Shown here: positions 9,489-19,815 of the stretch, one piece after another | Position numbering within the stretch: the first letter of the stretch is position 1 | How the letters are laid out: each line of letters starts with the position of its first letter | DNA from: Pontiella sp. | GTDB lineage: Bacteria; Verrucomicrobiota; Kiritimatiellia; Kiritimatiellales; Pontiellaceae | Direction of reading: 5' to 3' | Length of the DNA: 57,913 nucleotides | Assembly (NCBI GenBank): GCA_041740875.1 | Contig: JBGSLE010000554.1 | Coordinates: 1 to 57,913 of the forward strand | Translations under genes and position numbers: made by a program | The notes under the pieces: model-generated | What the model was told of the DNA's origin: nothing | The model's input: the letters and a program-made list of their open reading frames with translations, nothing else | The model's database searches: none

Positions 9489-10856
9489 TCATTTGCTCTG
9501 ATTGCCTTTGGGCTCTTTGGCATGGAAAAACCCGTCCGGATTCGCGGGATTCACCGTCAGCGCTTCCAACCGCGCCCGCATCTGCTGCACGCGTTCAGGA
9601 TAGGTAGCCGCCAGATTCGTGGTTTCGGCGATATCCTTGCGTAGATCATAGAGCTCAACGCGTCCGCTGTTGCCTTTGCCCTTGCCCTCTTTTTCACGAT
9701 CCCACGGATTCAGCAGCAGCTTCCAATCGCCCATGCGAAGGGCGCGCTGCCCAGGCACGGAACCGATGATCAAAATCTCCTCATGCGGCGATTTCGCCCC
9801 TTGCGTGAGCATCGGCCAGAGGTCTTTTCCATCGACCGGCAGCGGCTGATCCAACGCCGCGCCAGCCAGTTTCAACAGCGTCGGATACCAATCGATAATG
9901 TGTACCGGCTCGTCGTTTTTGACCCCGGCAGGAATATGCCCCGGCCAGGTGACGAAAGAGCAAACACGGACGCCGCCCTCGTAGATATCGGCTTTTCCGC
10001 CGCGCAAGGGATCGTTGCTCCCGGCCGTGCCCCAACTGGTTCCGCCATTGTCGCTGGAATAGATGAAGAGCGTGTTTTTGCCCAAGCCCTTCTTCTCTAG
10101 TGCCGCGACAATCTGGCCAATCGCTTCGTCGAGCGCGGCCGTCATGGCAGCATAGCTTTTGTTGGCCTTGTCCAGGCTGGCATACGGCTTTTCGTACGCT
10201 GTAGGCGCTTGGTACGGCGTGTGGACGGCATTGAACGGAACATAGAGGAAGAGCGGCTTGCCGGACGGCTGATCGCCAATGATTTTGCACGCCTCCTGCG
10301 CGAGTTGATGCGTCGCATAGCCCTCGTCCGCGCAGGGCGCGTCGTTGCGGAACCAGTCCCGCCCCTTCAGCCCTTCGTTGCTCATTTTGGTGTAGGAATC
10401 GATCGCGCCCGTCAGCTGTCCGTATTGGTAATTGAATCCGCGTTTCGTGGGCCGCAACTCGGATTTTTCTAGGCCCAGATGCCACTTGCCGCAAATCGCC
10501 GTCACATAGCCCGCGTCCCGCAACCCCTGGGCAAGCGTCCGCTCCTCCAGAGGCAAGGCCCAGGAACTCGGACGGCTGACCACGTTATAAACTCCGGTAT
10601 GGATGGGATAGCGCCCGGTCATCAGCGCGGCGCGCGTCGGCGAGCAGACCGGCTGCGTATAGTGCGAAGTCAGGATGGTTCCGGCAGCCGCCAGCTTGTC
10701 CATATTCGGCGTCTTAATCGTCGGACTCCCGTTGAAACCCACATCGGCATACCCCTGATCATCAATCAGGAAATAGACGATGTTGGGCCGCACAACCTCC
10801 GCGACAGAACCCATCATCAGCAACGCACTAAGCGCGAACGCCATCCTGTATTTCAT
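9489..10856 (-). CDS. S1 sulfatase (arylsulfatase B-like)
   Basis: Signal peptide; PNIVYFLIDD, CSPTRAALMTGRY, GKWHLG, SDNGG, GGKADIYEGG. Confidence 0.95.
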   Translation of the reverse strand: MKYRMAFALSALLMMGSVAEVVRPNIVYFLIDDQGYADVGFNGSPTIKTPNMDKLAAAGTILTSHYTQPVCSPTRAALMTGRYPIHTGVYNVVSRPSSWALPLEERTLAQGLRDAGYVTAICGKWHLGLEKSELRPTKRGFNYQYGQLTGAIDSYTKMSNEGLKGRDWFRNDAPCADEGYATHQLAQEACKIIGDQPSGKPLFLYVPFNAVHTPYQAPTAYEKPYASLDKANKSYAAMTAALDEAIGQIVAALEKKGLGKNTLFIYSSDNGGTSWGTAGSNDPLRGGKADIYEGGVRVCSFVTWPGHIPAGVKNDEPVHIIDWYPTLLKLAGAALDQPLPVDGKDLWPMLTQGAKSPHEEILIIGSVPGQRALRMGDWKLLLNPWDREKEGKGKGNSGRVELYDLRKDIAETTNLAATYPERVQQMRARLEALTVNPANPDGFFHAKEPKGNQSK

Positions 10857-10920
10857 TCAATCCATCCTTCTGTTCATAGATCCGGCGTTCTTCATTCGGT
10901 TGCGGCTGTGCCGCGCTAGG

Positions 10921-12558
10921 TTATTTCTGCTTCTGATAGGTCGCCCAATCGAACCGGGCTGTGGCCGGGGTGTCGGCAAAGGCATAGAGCCCCAGATAGG
11001 CGCCGATATAACCGCCCGCCACCGTGGTGCTCAGCTGCTTGCCATCCAGCACAGCGCCAATGGCGCTCCACTGCTGGTTGTCTAGGCTGTATTCGCAGGA
11101 AAAATCCGCCTTGTCGGCCTTCATCCGGAGATAGACCGGCCGTTCGGCGTCATGGCCTTTCAGCTCCACGCGCGCCAGTTCGGCGGTTGCGGAGGAGAGC
11201 ACCAGATGCTCGCACGCGTTAGTGCGTTCCATCACCAGCTTGTAGAAAAACTTTTCGTTCTGGTAGGCGACGATGCCGGCTTCCATGGTTTTGCCTTTTT
11301 CAAGCGTGAGCGCGGTGCTGAACGAAGCGGAGGCGTGTTGCAACCGGCGACCAATAAAGCTGGGGTTTCCAACCGTCGTCATGGGAATCGGGCGGGCGTC
11401 GATCTCCAGCGCGCCGTTCGCCAGCCGATGCCACGTGGTTTTCGGCGTGCGGATAAAATTCCATTCGAGCTTTAATTTCGAGCCGTCGAAATCGTCGCGC
11501 CAGTTTGTAGAGGCTTCCGCAAAGGTGGTCTTTCCCGTTTCGGGCGGCAACGGGGAGGCGACGGAGAGCGGCACCGGCTTGCCCTTTTCGAGGATGATCG
11601 GCCATTCGCCGCTCCAGTCCACCGGATGGAAGAAGGTTTGGCGGCCGGTATTAAAGTGGCCGTTGGTGGTGTAGGGCTGGCAGGCGAGGAAGATGCTGAC
11701 CCATTCGCCGTTGGCGGTCTTCACCATGTCGGCATGGCCGGTGCAGGTGACCGGATCGGGACGATCATCGGGCAGGTCGCGCTGGGTCAGGATGGGGACG
11801 CCTTTGAAGACCTCATACGGCCCCCAGATGGATTTGGAGAGGAAGATCACCTCGGCGTGGGTGGGGCCGGTGCCGCCTTCGGCCGCCAGCAAATAGTAAT
11901 ACCCCTTTTCGTTGAAGATATGCGGCCCTTCGATCCAGATCGGCTTGGTGGAGCGGTCGGCTCCGCCATTGACGAGCATCACCGGTTCGCCGCGCAGCTT
12001 TTTCGCGGCGAGGTCGTACTCCTGCAGCCAAAGTGCCCGATGTCCGGGATAGAGCGGCGGATCTTCCGGCGGCAGGCGATTGTTGATGATGTAGGCCTTG
12101 CCATCGGTGTCGAAGAAGAACGAGGGATCGATGCCGCCATTGAGTTCGGGCAACCAGACCGGCTCGGACCACGGCCCGGACGGATCGGTGGCCGTCACGT
12201 AGAAATTCTTTTTGTAATTCCCCGTCTTGGTGGTGATCAGGTAAAAGGTGCCGTTATGGTAGCGGATGGAGGGCGCCCAGATTCCGTTCCAGATCGGCTC
12301 TTTGGTGAGGTCAAGCTGGGAGGGCCGATCCAGCACATGGCCGAGTTGTTCCCAATGGATAAGATCCCGGCTATGGAAAATCGGAACGCCCGGGAAGAAG
12401 CCAAAGCTGGAGGTGACGAGGTAATAGTCGCCGTTGACCCGGCAAAGGCTGGGGTCGGGATAAAACCCCGGCAGGATGGGGTTTTCAACCTCGGCGGCGA
12501 CGGCCGAGAGGCCGATCAGGCCGCATGAGAGAACGTATGGCATGGTTTTTCGGTTCAT
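10921..12558 (-). CDS. Glycoside hydrolase family 43 (beta-xylosidase/arabinofuranosidase) with C-terminal beta-sandwich
   Basis: NPILPGFYPDPS, GIWAPSIRYHNG, GIDPSFFFD, EGPHI, AEGGT, TGHAD; signal peptide. Confidence 0.95.
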   Translation of the reverse strand: MNRKTMPYVLSCGLIGLSAVAAEVENPILPGFYPDPSLCRVNGDYYLVTSSFGFFPGVPIFHSRDLIHWEQLGHVLDRPSQLDLTKEPIWNGIWAPSIRYHNGTFYLITTKTGNYKKNFYVTATDPSGPWSEPVWLPELNGGIDPSFFFDTDGKAYIINNRLPPEDPPLYPGHRALWLQEYDLAAKKLRGEPVMLVNGGADRSTKPIWIEGPHIFNEKGYYYLLAAEGGTGPTHAEVIFLSKSIWGPYEVFKGVPILTQRDLPDDRPDPVTCTGHADMVKTANGEWVSIFLACQPYTTNGHFNTGRQTFFHPVDWSGEWPIILEKGKPVPLSVASPLPPETGKTTFAEASTNWRDDFDGSKLKLEWNFIRTPKTTWHRLANGALEIDARPIPMTTVGNPSFIGRRLQHASASFSTALTLEKGKTMEAGIVAYQNEKFFYKLVMERTNACEHLVLSSATAELARVELKGHDAERPVYLRMKADKADFSCEYSLDNQQWSAIGAVLDGKQLSTTVAGGYIGAYLGLYAFADTPATARFDWATYQKQK

Positions 12559-12618
12559 TTTAGACTCCTTGACTAGGTATGTTGATAAACGCGGTTGATC
12601 TGGGTTTCATGGATTACG

Positions 12619-15180
12619 TTATTGCAAGCCAAGCACGGACTCTTTCCGATCCACCTTGGTTTTCAAGCGCAGGTCGCGGCTGGACTCGCCTGCCGCAAGT
12701 TCAAACGCGCCCGCCTCGACGTGCCACTTCATCAATATCGGATCGAAAAAGGCGAAGGCGTTGTCGGCAAGCTCCATGACCACTTCGCGGCTTTCGCCGG
12801 GATTGAGTTCGATCTTCTGGAACGACTTTAGCTCGCGCACCGGACGTTCGACCGAGCACTCCACATCGTGAACATAGAGCTGCGGAACCGCCGCCGCCCG
12901 CCGCTTGCCGGTATTGGCTACCGTAAAGGAGATCCGGCTGCCATCCGGCGTCGCTTGCAGGTTTGAATAGGTGAAGGCGGAATAGGTCAGTCCGTGGCCA
13001 AACGGGAAGAGCGGCTCAATCTTCTGCTTATCGGTCCAGCGGTAGCCGACAAAAATGCCCTCCTTGTAGAGGCAATCGTTGGGCTGATAGGCATCCAGCG
13101 CATGCGCTCCCACATCTTCCAGCTGGCGATGCAGCGTGTAGGGCATATGGCCCGACGGACTGAAATCGCCGGAAACCAGATCGGCCAGCGCACGACCCGT
13201 CTCCATGCCGGCATAGCCGACCCAGACGATCGCCGCGACCTTATCCTTCCACGTCATCTCCAACGCGCTGCCCGCCACCAGATAGACCTGCGTGTTTGGA
13301 TTCACCTTCACCAGCGACTCGATCAACTCATTCTGACCGGCAGGCAGCTTCATGTTTTCGCGGTCGATGTTTTCCTGCTCGATCACCTTGTTGATGCCGC
13401 CGAAAAAGAGCACCGCATCGGCCTGTTCGGCGGCGGCGAGCATGCGGGCGCGATGGGCGTCGTCCAGCTTTTCGTGATCCGGCGTTACCCAGCCGAAATA
13501 CCATCGGGCACCTTGTTGATAGTCCACAAACTCCACGACCACGGTATAGGTTTTTCCAGCCACCAGCTCGACCTTGCCCGCCACTTCGGAATAACCCTTA
13601 CCCAGCCAGCCATCGGCCACCAGCTTGCCATCAAGATAGATTCGCGAACCGTCATCGCTCCCCGAGATCAGTTCATAGGTTCCCGAGAGGAGCGGAATAA
13701 TCTGCCCCGTCGCCCGCGCCGAAAATCCATCCTTCGGTAGGCCTTCATGCGGTGCATTAACGCCCCACTTGAACGCAATCTTTCCGACATAGGAGGTATG
13801 CCCGGGCTCGCCTTCCAATTTGGGATTGCCAAAGAGATCGACCCGCCACGCCGGCACGCCCGAACCCGCCGCACGCGAGGCGATCACCTCCGGCGGAATG
13901 GTCTCCATCCGCTCGTCTCCCGCAAAACGGAATCCCTTGAAATAATCGATCTTGACCGTATCGCCAAACCGCTCCTTGAGGCCATCCAGCGGCGTGATTT
14001 CATACGAGGCGGGCACCATCGAACTGCCGCCGCCCGCATGGTGGCGCGCCACGGCATTGGCGCCGACCACGACGATATGCTTGGTCTTTTCCGGTACGAG
14101 CGGGAGCGACTCGTTTTTGTTTTGCAGCAGCACGATCCCTTCGCGCGCAATTTCTCGCGCGGCCTGATGATGCTCCGGCGTGTTAAAGCTGCCGGGCAGT
14201 CGCTTTTCCGGCTCCAGCATGTTGCACTCATCCATCATTCGTAGAATGCGGCGCACCTTGGCGTCGATCTCCTGCATCGGCACGACGCCCGACGTGACCG
14301 CCGCCAGCAGGGGATTGGCCATCGCATATTCGTCGTACGGCTTGTTGGTGCCCATTTCGATATCCAGGCCGGCATAGGAGGCGTCGATCGTATCGATGTT
14401 GAGCACGTTCCAGTCGGTAATCAGCACCGCATCCGAGTTCCATTCGCCGCGCAAAATGTCGCGCACCAAATAGCGATTCTGTGCGCAGGATTCGCCGCGA
14501 AAGCGATTATAGGCACACATCAACGAACGCGAATGGCCACGCAACAAGGCTGCCTCATAACCCGGCAGGTAGATTTCGCGCAACGCCCGTTCGTCCAGCC
14601 GCACATCCGTCTCCAGCCGGTTGAGCTCCTGGTTGTTCAGCGCGTAGTGCTTCACGCATGCCGCCACATCCTGGGATTGAATTCCCTGGATCAGCGGAAC
14701 CACCAGCTCGGAGATCAGATAGGGATCTTCGCCCTGGTACTCAAAATTGCGGCCATTCAGCGGGGTGCGGACAATGTTGATGCCCGGCCCAAGGATAATG
14801 TCCTTGCCGCGGAAACGCGCCTCGGCACCCAGTGTTTCGCCAAACCGTCGCGCCAACAACGGATTCCAGGTGGCCGACAGCACCGTTCCGACCGGCAGGT
14901 AGGTGCCCTGGTCTTCCGCCCGGTTGGCGGAGACCCAGCTATGCGGCAGCACGTCGCCGCGCACCCCGTGCGGACCGTCCGACATCACGATCTTCGGAAC
15001 GCCCAACCGCTCCACGCCGCCCGAAAAAAACTTGTCGTGCGCGTGCAACTGGTAAATTTTCTCCTCCAGCGTCATCTGCGAGAGCAGCCGTTCAACGCGC
15101 GCCTCGTCGCTCCAAGCGCCATCTGGAATTGCCAACACGAAAGGGGTTAATACAGCCATCATTTTAATCTTTCTCAACAT
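12619..15180 (-). CDS. Glycoside hydrolase family 3 (beta-glucosidase/xylosidase) with PA14 insert and Fn3-like tail
   Basis: SDGPHGVR, GRNFEY, KHYALNNQE, ITDW nucleophile motif, GGGSS, PA14 segment (SDDGSRIYLDG), PLFPFGHGLTY, RELKSFQKI. Confidence 0.95.
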   Translation of the reverse strand: MLRKIKMMAVLTPFVLAIPDGAWSDEARVERLLSQMTLEEKIYQLHAHDKFFSGGVERLGVPKIVMSDGPHGVRGDVLPHSWVSANRAEDQGTYLPVGTVLSATWNPLLARRFGETLGAEARFRGKDIILGPGINIVRTPLNGRNFEYQGEDPYLISELVVPLIQGIQSQDVAACVKHYALNNQELNRLETDVRLDERALREIYLPGYEAALLRGHSRSLMCAYNRFRGESCAQNRYLVRDILRGEWNSDAVLITDWNVLNIDTIDASYAGLDIEMGTNKPYDEYAMANPLLAAVTSGVVPMQEIDAKVRRILRMMDECNMLEPEKRLPGSFNTPEHHQAAREIAREGIVLLQNKNESLPLVPEKTKHIVVVGANAVARHHAGGGSSMVPASYEITPLDGLKERFGDTVKIDYFKGFRFAGDERMETIPPEVIASRAAGSGVPAWRVDLFGNPKLEGEPGHTSYVGKIAFKWGVNAPHEGLPKDGFSARATGQIIPLLSGTYELISGSDDGSRIYLDGKLVADGWLGKGYSEVAGKVELVAGKTYTVVVEFVDYQQGARWYFGWVTPDHEKLDDAHRARMLAAAEQADAVLFFGGINKVIEQENIDRENMKLPAGQNELIESLVKVNPNTQVYLVAGSALEMTWKDKVAAIVWVGYAGMETGRALADLVSGDFSPSGHMPYTLHRQLEDVGAHALDAYQPNDCLYKEGIFVGYRWTDKQKIEPLFPFGHGLTYSAFTYSNLQATPDGSRISFTVANTGKRRAAAVPQLYVHDVECSVERPVRELKSFQKIELNPGESREVVMELADNAFAFFDPILMKWHVEAGAFELAAGESSRDLRLKTKVDRKESVLGLQ

Positions 15181-15209
15181 TCGTTCTCCCGATTCATCTG
15201 TGTTCTATC

Positions 15210-16757
15210 TTATTTTTCCTGGGCAACGCCGCGCTCCTTGAAGAGGCGCTCAAAGTTTTTCACGACGGACTTGAATTCCGGATGGTCCGCCAGATTGACT
15301 GTTTCAAGCGGATCTTTTTCATAGTCGTACAGTTCGACCGCGTTGGCCAGCCCGGCACGTGCCCCGTTTTGATAATCCATCTCGACCCATTTCACATAGC
15401 GGAAGCGTTTATCGCGCAGCGTATAGCCCATCAGCTTGCCGCGCGGATATTGCGCCAGCGACGCCTCGCGCACCGTAGCTTCCGGGTTTTTTAGGACAGG
15501 AACCAGCGAAAGCCCTTCGACGCTTTTCGGCACGGGAAGGCCCGACAGATCGCACAGCGTCGGGAAGATATCGACGAATTCCGACGGGGATACGGTCTTT
15601 GCGCCTCGCACCATGCTCCCTGCTCCATGCCCCACGCTGATCAGCAGTGGAGCACGAACGGCCTGCTCATAGTTGGTGTGTTTGCAGAACATGCCGTGGT
15701 CGCCCAGATGCCAGCCATGGTCGCCCCACAACACCACGATGGTGTTTTTTGCCAGCCCCAGTTCGTCGAGTTTGGCCAGCACCTTGCCAATCTGCGCGTC
15801 GACATAGCTGACGCAGGCGCGGTAGCCATGGATCATGTTGCGCTGCACATCGTCGGGAATCGGGCCGGTGAGCGGAATGCCGGAATAGTTTCCGCGCAGC
15901 TCCAACGAATCCTGAAACGCAATGGCAGGCGCGCCTGCGGGCGGTTTCTGGAAAGGGGCGAGTTCGATTTTGGCAGGGTCGTAGAGATCCCAATATTTCT
16001 TCGGCGCCACAAACGGCAGATGCGGCTTCTTGAAACCGACCGCCAGGAAAAACGGCTTTCCGCCCTTGGCCAAGGACTCCATTTGCGCGATCGCGCAGGC
16101 GGCAAGAGCCCCATCCTGGTAGGCATTGTCGGGCAGATCGAGACACTCGGTCACTGGCTTCGCCAGCGGAAAACGCTGCATCGCCTCGGGGACTGCGTCT
16201 TTGTCTTTTTTTGCTATGTTTTTCGACTTCAAGTAGGCATTCAGTGCCTGATCTTGCTTAATGACCTCTGGATCGTTATACCCGCCGGTATCCTTTTCGT
16301 ACCCCTTCGCCATATATTTTTTGGGCACGTTTTGCAAAAAGGGCTGCGACCATGAAGGGCCATCGAACGACTTGTCGACGCAGCGCGGGTCATAAATCTT
16401 GCCGCAGCCGGTCGTCTCGTAGCCGTTTTGTTTAAAATATTCGGGCAGCGTCAAAGAGTCCGGCTTCGCGTCGCGCATCAGGGTTTTCAAATCATACACC
16501 CGCGTCGTGTCGGGATAGGTTCCCGTCATCAGGCTGGCGCGCGTCGGCCCGCAAATCGCCTGCTGGCAGGCATTGTTCAGGAAAACCGTGCCGCCCTCGG
16601 CCAAGCGGTCGATGTTCGGCGAAAGGACCTCCTTGTCGCCAAAACAGCCCAGCATCGGCTTGAGGTCGTCCAACGCAATAAACAGTATGTTTGGTTTTTG
16701 CGCACCCTGCACGGCACACGCCACGGTCAGTCCAGCAGTTAAGATTAGATTTTTCAT
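15210..16757 (-). CDS. S1 sulfatase, iduronate-2-sulfatase/choline-sulfatase-like
   Basis: Start MKNLILTAG at 16757 overlaps the upstream stop (ATGA). PNILFIALDDLKP, CGPTRASLMTG, GFKKPHLPF, WGDHGWHLGDHG. Confidence 0.94.
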   Translation of the reverse strand: MKNLILTAGLTVACAVQGAQKPNILFIALDDLKPMLGCFGDKEVLSPNIDRLAEGGTVFLNNACQQAICGPTRASLMTGTYPDTTRVYDLKTLMRDAKPDSLTLPEYFKQNGYETTGCGKIYDPRCVDKSFDGPSWSQPFLQNVPKKYMAKGYEKDTGGYNDPEVIKQDQALNAYLKSKNIAKKDKDAVPEAMQRFPLAKPVTECLDLPDNAYQDGALAACAIAQMESLAKGGKPFFLAVGFKKPHLPFVAPKKYWDLYDPAKIELAPFQKPPAGAPAIAFQDSLELRGNYSGIPLTGPIPDDVQRNMIHGYRACVSYVDAQIGKVLAKLDELGLAKNTIVVLWGDHGWHLGDHGMFCKHTNYEQAVRAPLLISVGHGAGSMVRGAKTVSPSEFVDIFPTLCDLSGLPVPKSVEGLSLVPVLKNPEATVREASLAQYPRGKLMGYTLRDKRFRYVKWVEMDYQNGARAGLANAVELYDYEKDPLETVNLADHPEFKSVVKNFERLFKERGVAQEK

Positions 16758-18226
16758 TCGTCTCCTGATTTGTTCCATGCTTGAGCGCGGGTATGCGCCT
16801 TTATTTCCTTTCGCCAATCATGCAGCACCGCCAATAGCTCCTGCGTTTTTTCCGGCATGGCCGCTGAAAGGTCGTTTTGCTCTCCGAGATCCTTCGATAG
16901 GTCATAGAGTTCAACATGCTTCGCATTGTACCATTCAATCAATTTATAGTCGCCGACGCGCACCGCCGAACTGTCCGTATCGCCCGTGCTATAGGGACGG
17001 CTGAGCGGCGAATGCCAAAAGATCGGCTTTTCGCGTACCAAGGCATTGCCCTTGAGCGATGGAACGATGCTGATCCCATCGAGATGGTGTTGCGGCTGAA
17101 GCGGCAATCCGGCCATTTCGAGAAAGGTTGGAAACAGATCGGTGGTCACGACGACATCGCTCGTATTCAGCATTCCCGGCTTCGTAATCCCCGGCCATTT
17201 GACCATAAACGCTTCGCGGATGCCCCCTTCATAGACCCAGCCTTTTCCCGTGCGCAAGGGCAAGTTACTGGTCGCCATGGGTCGTTTTTTAACTTGGCCA
17301 TCCACGCCGCCGCGATTGGAGAGACCGCCATTGTCGGCGGTAAAAACAAGGATGGTGTTTTCCGATAGACCGAGTTTGTCGAGCGTTTGGATAATCCGTC
17401 CGAGGCTGGTATCGACGCTTTCGATCATCGCGGCATAGATGGCGTTGTCCTGCCGCAGCTTGGTCTCGCCGATACCGGTCGGGCCGCAGGGTTCGTATTC
17501 GGGCCGATCGAACTTCATGGTCTTGAGCTTTGTTCTGTATTTTTTGACAAGATTCTCCGGAGCCTCGAACGGGTCATGCACGCCGTAATGCGAGAGCTGA
17601 AGGAAGAAGGGTTTGCCCTTGTTGGCCTCAATGAATTGGATGCTTTTATCCGTTAGGACATCGGTGAGGTAATCCCCGGGTTTGCCATCCTCCAAGCCAT
17701 GGATTGCATTTCCATCATACCCCTTTTCCCAGCCGGGCTTGAGCGTATCGACCGGCTTGGTGCGATAGGGGAAAAAGTAGGTCGGCGGAGCACCACAGGC
17801 TCCCCCGGCAATGTTGACATCGAATCCCATCGTTTCGGGCATGCCTTCGGCTCCATGGGAAAGGTGCCATTTGCCCGCGTAGCCGGTCACATAGCCACCC
17901 GCCTTCAAGGCGCGGGCCATGGTGAAATCCGTCGCCCGCACCCCTTCGCGAGCAGCACCGGGAACGCCGCCACGCGCGGGAAAACGTCCAGTAACCAAAC
18001 CATAGCGGGCGGGAACGCAACGCGGATGCGACGAATAGCCCTGCATGTACCGCACCCCGTCCTGCGCCAGTCGATCTATGTTGGGGGTTTCATAAAACTC
18101 CGAACCCTGGCAGCCCAGATCCATCCACCCCAGATCGTCCACATAGAACAGAATAATATTGGGGGGACGCGCGCCCTGCACGGCACACGCGGCCATCAAA
18201 CCAGCCATTAAAAGCAGATGCTTCAT
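16754..18226 (-). CDS. S1 sulfatase
   Basis: PNIILFYVDDLGW, CVPARYGLVTGR, GKWHL, ADNGG, GKGWVYEGG; signal peptide. Confidence 0.95.
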   Translation of the reverse strand: MKHLLLMAGLMAACAVQGARPPNIILFYVDDLGWMDLGCQGSEFYETPNIDRLAQDGVRYMQGYSSHPRCVPARYGLVTGRFPARGGVPGAAREGVRATDFTMARALKAGGYVTGYAGKWHLSHGAEGMPETMGFDVNIAGGACGAPPTYFFPYRTKPVDTLKPGWEKGYDGNAIHGLEDGKPGDYLTDVLTDKSIQFIEANKGKPFFLQLSHYGVHDPFEAPENLVKKYRTKLKTMKFDRPEYEPCGPTGIGETKLRQDNAIYAAMIESVDTSLGRIIQTLDKLGLSENTILVFTADNGGLSNRGGVDGQVKKRPMATSNLPLRTGKGWVYEGGIREAFMVKWPGITKPGMLNTSDVVVTTDLFPTFLEMAGLPLQPQHHLDGISIVPSLKGNALVREKPIFWHSPLSRPYSTGDTDSSAVRVGDYKLIEWYNAKHVELYDLSKDLGEQNDLSAAMPEKTQELLAVLHDWRKEIKAHTRAQAWNKSGDE

Positions 18227-18241
18227 AGGTTGTATCCTTAT

Positions 18242-19798
18242 CTATTTTTCCTGCGCGACGCCACGCTCCTTGAAGAGCCGTTCAAAGTTTTTTACCACTG
18301 CCTGGTATTCGGGATTGTTCGCCTGATTGACGGTTTCGTGCGGATCCTTCTCATAGTCATACAGCTCGGTGGCCATGACCGGCCCCGTGCGTGCGGCATG
18401 GTCTTTCCCGTTTTCGATCCATTTCACATAGCGGTAGCGTTTGTCGCGCAGCGTATAGCCCATCAGTTTGACGCGCGGATATTGCGACATCGACGCCTCG
18501 CGCACCGTCGCGGTCGGATTTTTAAGGATGGGAACCAGCGACAGCCCTTCGACGCGTTCAGGAATGGGAAGCCCGACCAGGTCGCACAGCGTCGGAAACA
18601 CATCGACAAATTCCGACGGGGATACGGTCTTTGCGCCGCGCTCCATGCCCCCAGCTCCACGCCCCGCGCTGATTATCAGCGGGGCTTTGACGGCCTGTTC
18701 ATAATTGGTGTGCTTGCAGAACATGCCGTGGTCGCCCAGATGCCAGCCGTGGTCGCCCCACAGCACCACGATGGTATTTTTCGACAGCCCCAGCTCGTCC
18801 AGCTTGGCCAGCACTTTTCCGATCTGCGCGTCGACATAGCTGACGCAGGCGCGGTAGCCGTGGATCATGTTGCGCTGCACCTCGTCCGGAATCGGGCCGT
18901 CGCCCGGAATTCCGGAATAGGAGCTCCGCAGCTCCCACGAATCCTGCATGGCAAAATCGGGCGCTCCTTCCGGCTTTTTCTGATAGGGAGCCAGCTCGAT
19001 GTTTGCGGGGTCGTAGAGATCCCAATATTTTTTGGGCGCGACAAAGGGCAGATGCGGCTTTCTAAAACCGACGGCCAGGAAAAACGGCTTTCCGCCCTTG
19101 GCCAGCTGCTCCATCTGCTCCACCGCGCAGTTGGCGTAGGCACCGTCATCGTAGGAATCGTCCGGCAGATCCCGGCACTCGGTCACCGGCTTGGCCTTCG
19201 GAAACTTAAGCATCGCGGCGCTGAACGCCTTCTGATCCTTTTTGACGTCGTCCATCTCGATCCCGATGGTTTTGAGATACCGGTTGAGCTCCTTGTATTG
19301 CGTGCTCGTCTCCGGATCGCGGTAATTGCCGCCCTTCATCCCATCTGCATAATATCGATCATCGACGTTCATCAACTGCGGCTGCGTCCACGAGGGCGCG
19401 TCGAACGAGGTATCGACGCAGTTGTGGTCATACACCTTGCCGCAACCGGTCGTTTCGTAGCCGTTGTTCTTAAGGTATTCGGGCAGGGTCAGGGTGTTGG
19501 GATTGGCCGTGCGCATCTTGGTTTTAAGATCATACACCCGCGTGGTGTCGGGATAGGTGCCCGTCATCAGGCTGGCGCGCGTCGGACCGCACACGGACTG
19601 CTGGCAGGCATTGTTCAGGAACACCGTGCCGTTTTCCGCCAGCCGATCGATGTTCGGCGACAGAACATTCTTATCGCCGTAGCATCCCAGCATCGGCTTG
19701 AGATCATCGACCGCAATAAACAAAATGTTCGGTTTTTGCGCACCCTGCGCGGCGCATGCCGTCATCGCCACTCCGGCGATCATCATCCAACTTTTCAT
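18242..19798 (-). CDS. S1 sulfatase, iduronate-2-sulfatase-like; close paralogue of 15210..16757
   Basis: Start MKSWMMIAG after GGAG. CGPTRASLMTGTYPDTTRVYDLKT and the C-terminal KNFERLFKERGVAQEK are identical in both paralogues. Confidence 0.94.
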   Translation of the reverse strand: MKSWMMIAGVAMTACAAQGAQKPNILFIAVDDLKPMLGCYGDKNVLSPNIDRLAENGTVFLNNACQQSVCGPTRASLMTGTYPDTTRVYDLKTKMRTANPNTLTLPEYLKNNGYETTGCGKVYDHNCVDTSFDAPSWTQPQLMNVDDRYYADGMKGGNYRDPETSTQYKELNRYLKTIGIEMDDVKKDQKAFSAAMLKFPKAKPVTECRDLPDDSYDDGAYANCAVEQMEQLAKGGKPFFLAVGFRKPHLPFVAPKKYWDLYDPANIELAPYQKKPEGAPDFAMQDSWELRSSYSGIPGDGPIPDEVQRNMIHGYRACVSYVDAQIGKVLAKLDELGLSKNTIVVLWGDHGWHLGDHGMFCKHTNYEQAVKAPLIISAGRGAGGMERGAKTVSPSEFVDVFPTLCDLVGLPIPERVEGLSLVPILKNPTATVREASMSQYPRVKLMGYTLRDKRYRYVKWIENGKDHAARTGPVMATELYDYEKDPHETVNQANNPEYQAVVKNFERLFKERGVAQEK

Positions 19799-19815
19799 GG
19801 TGCTCCTTTTCCGTC

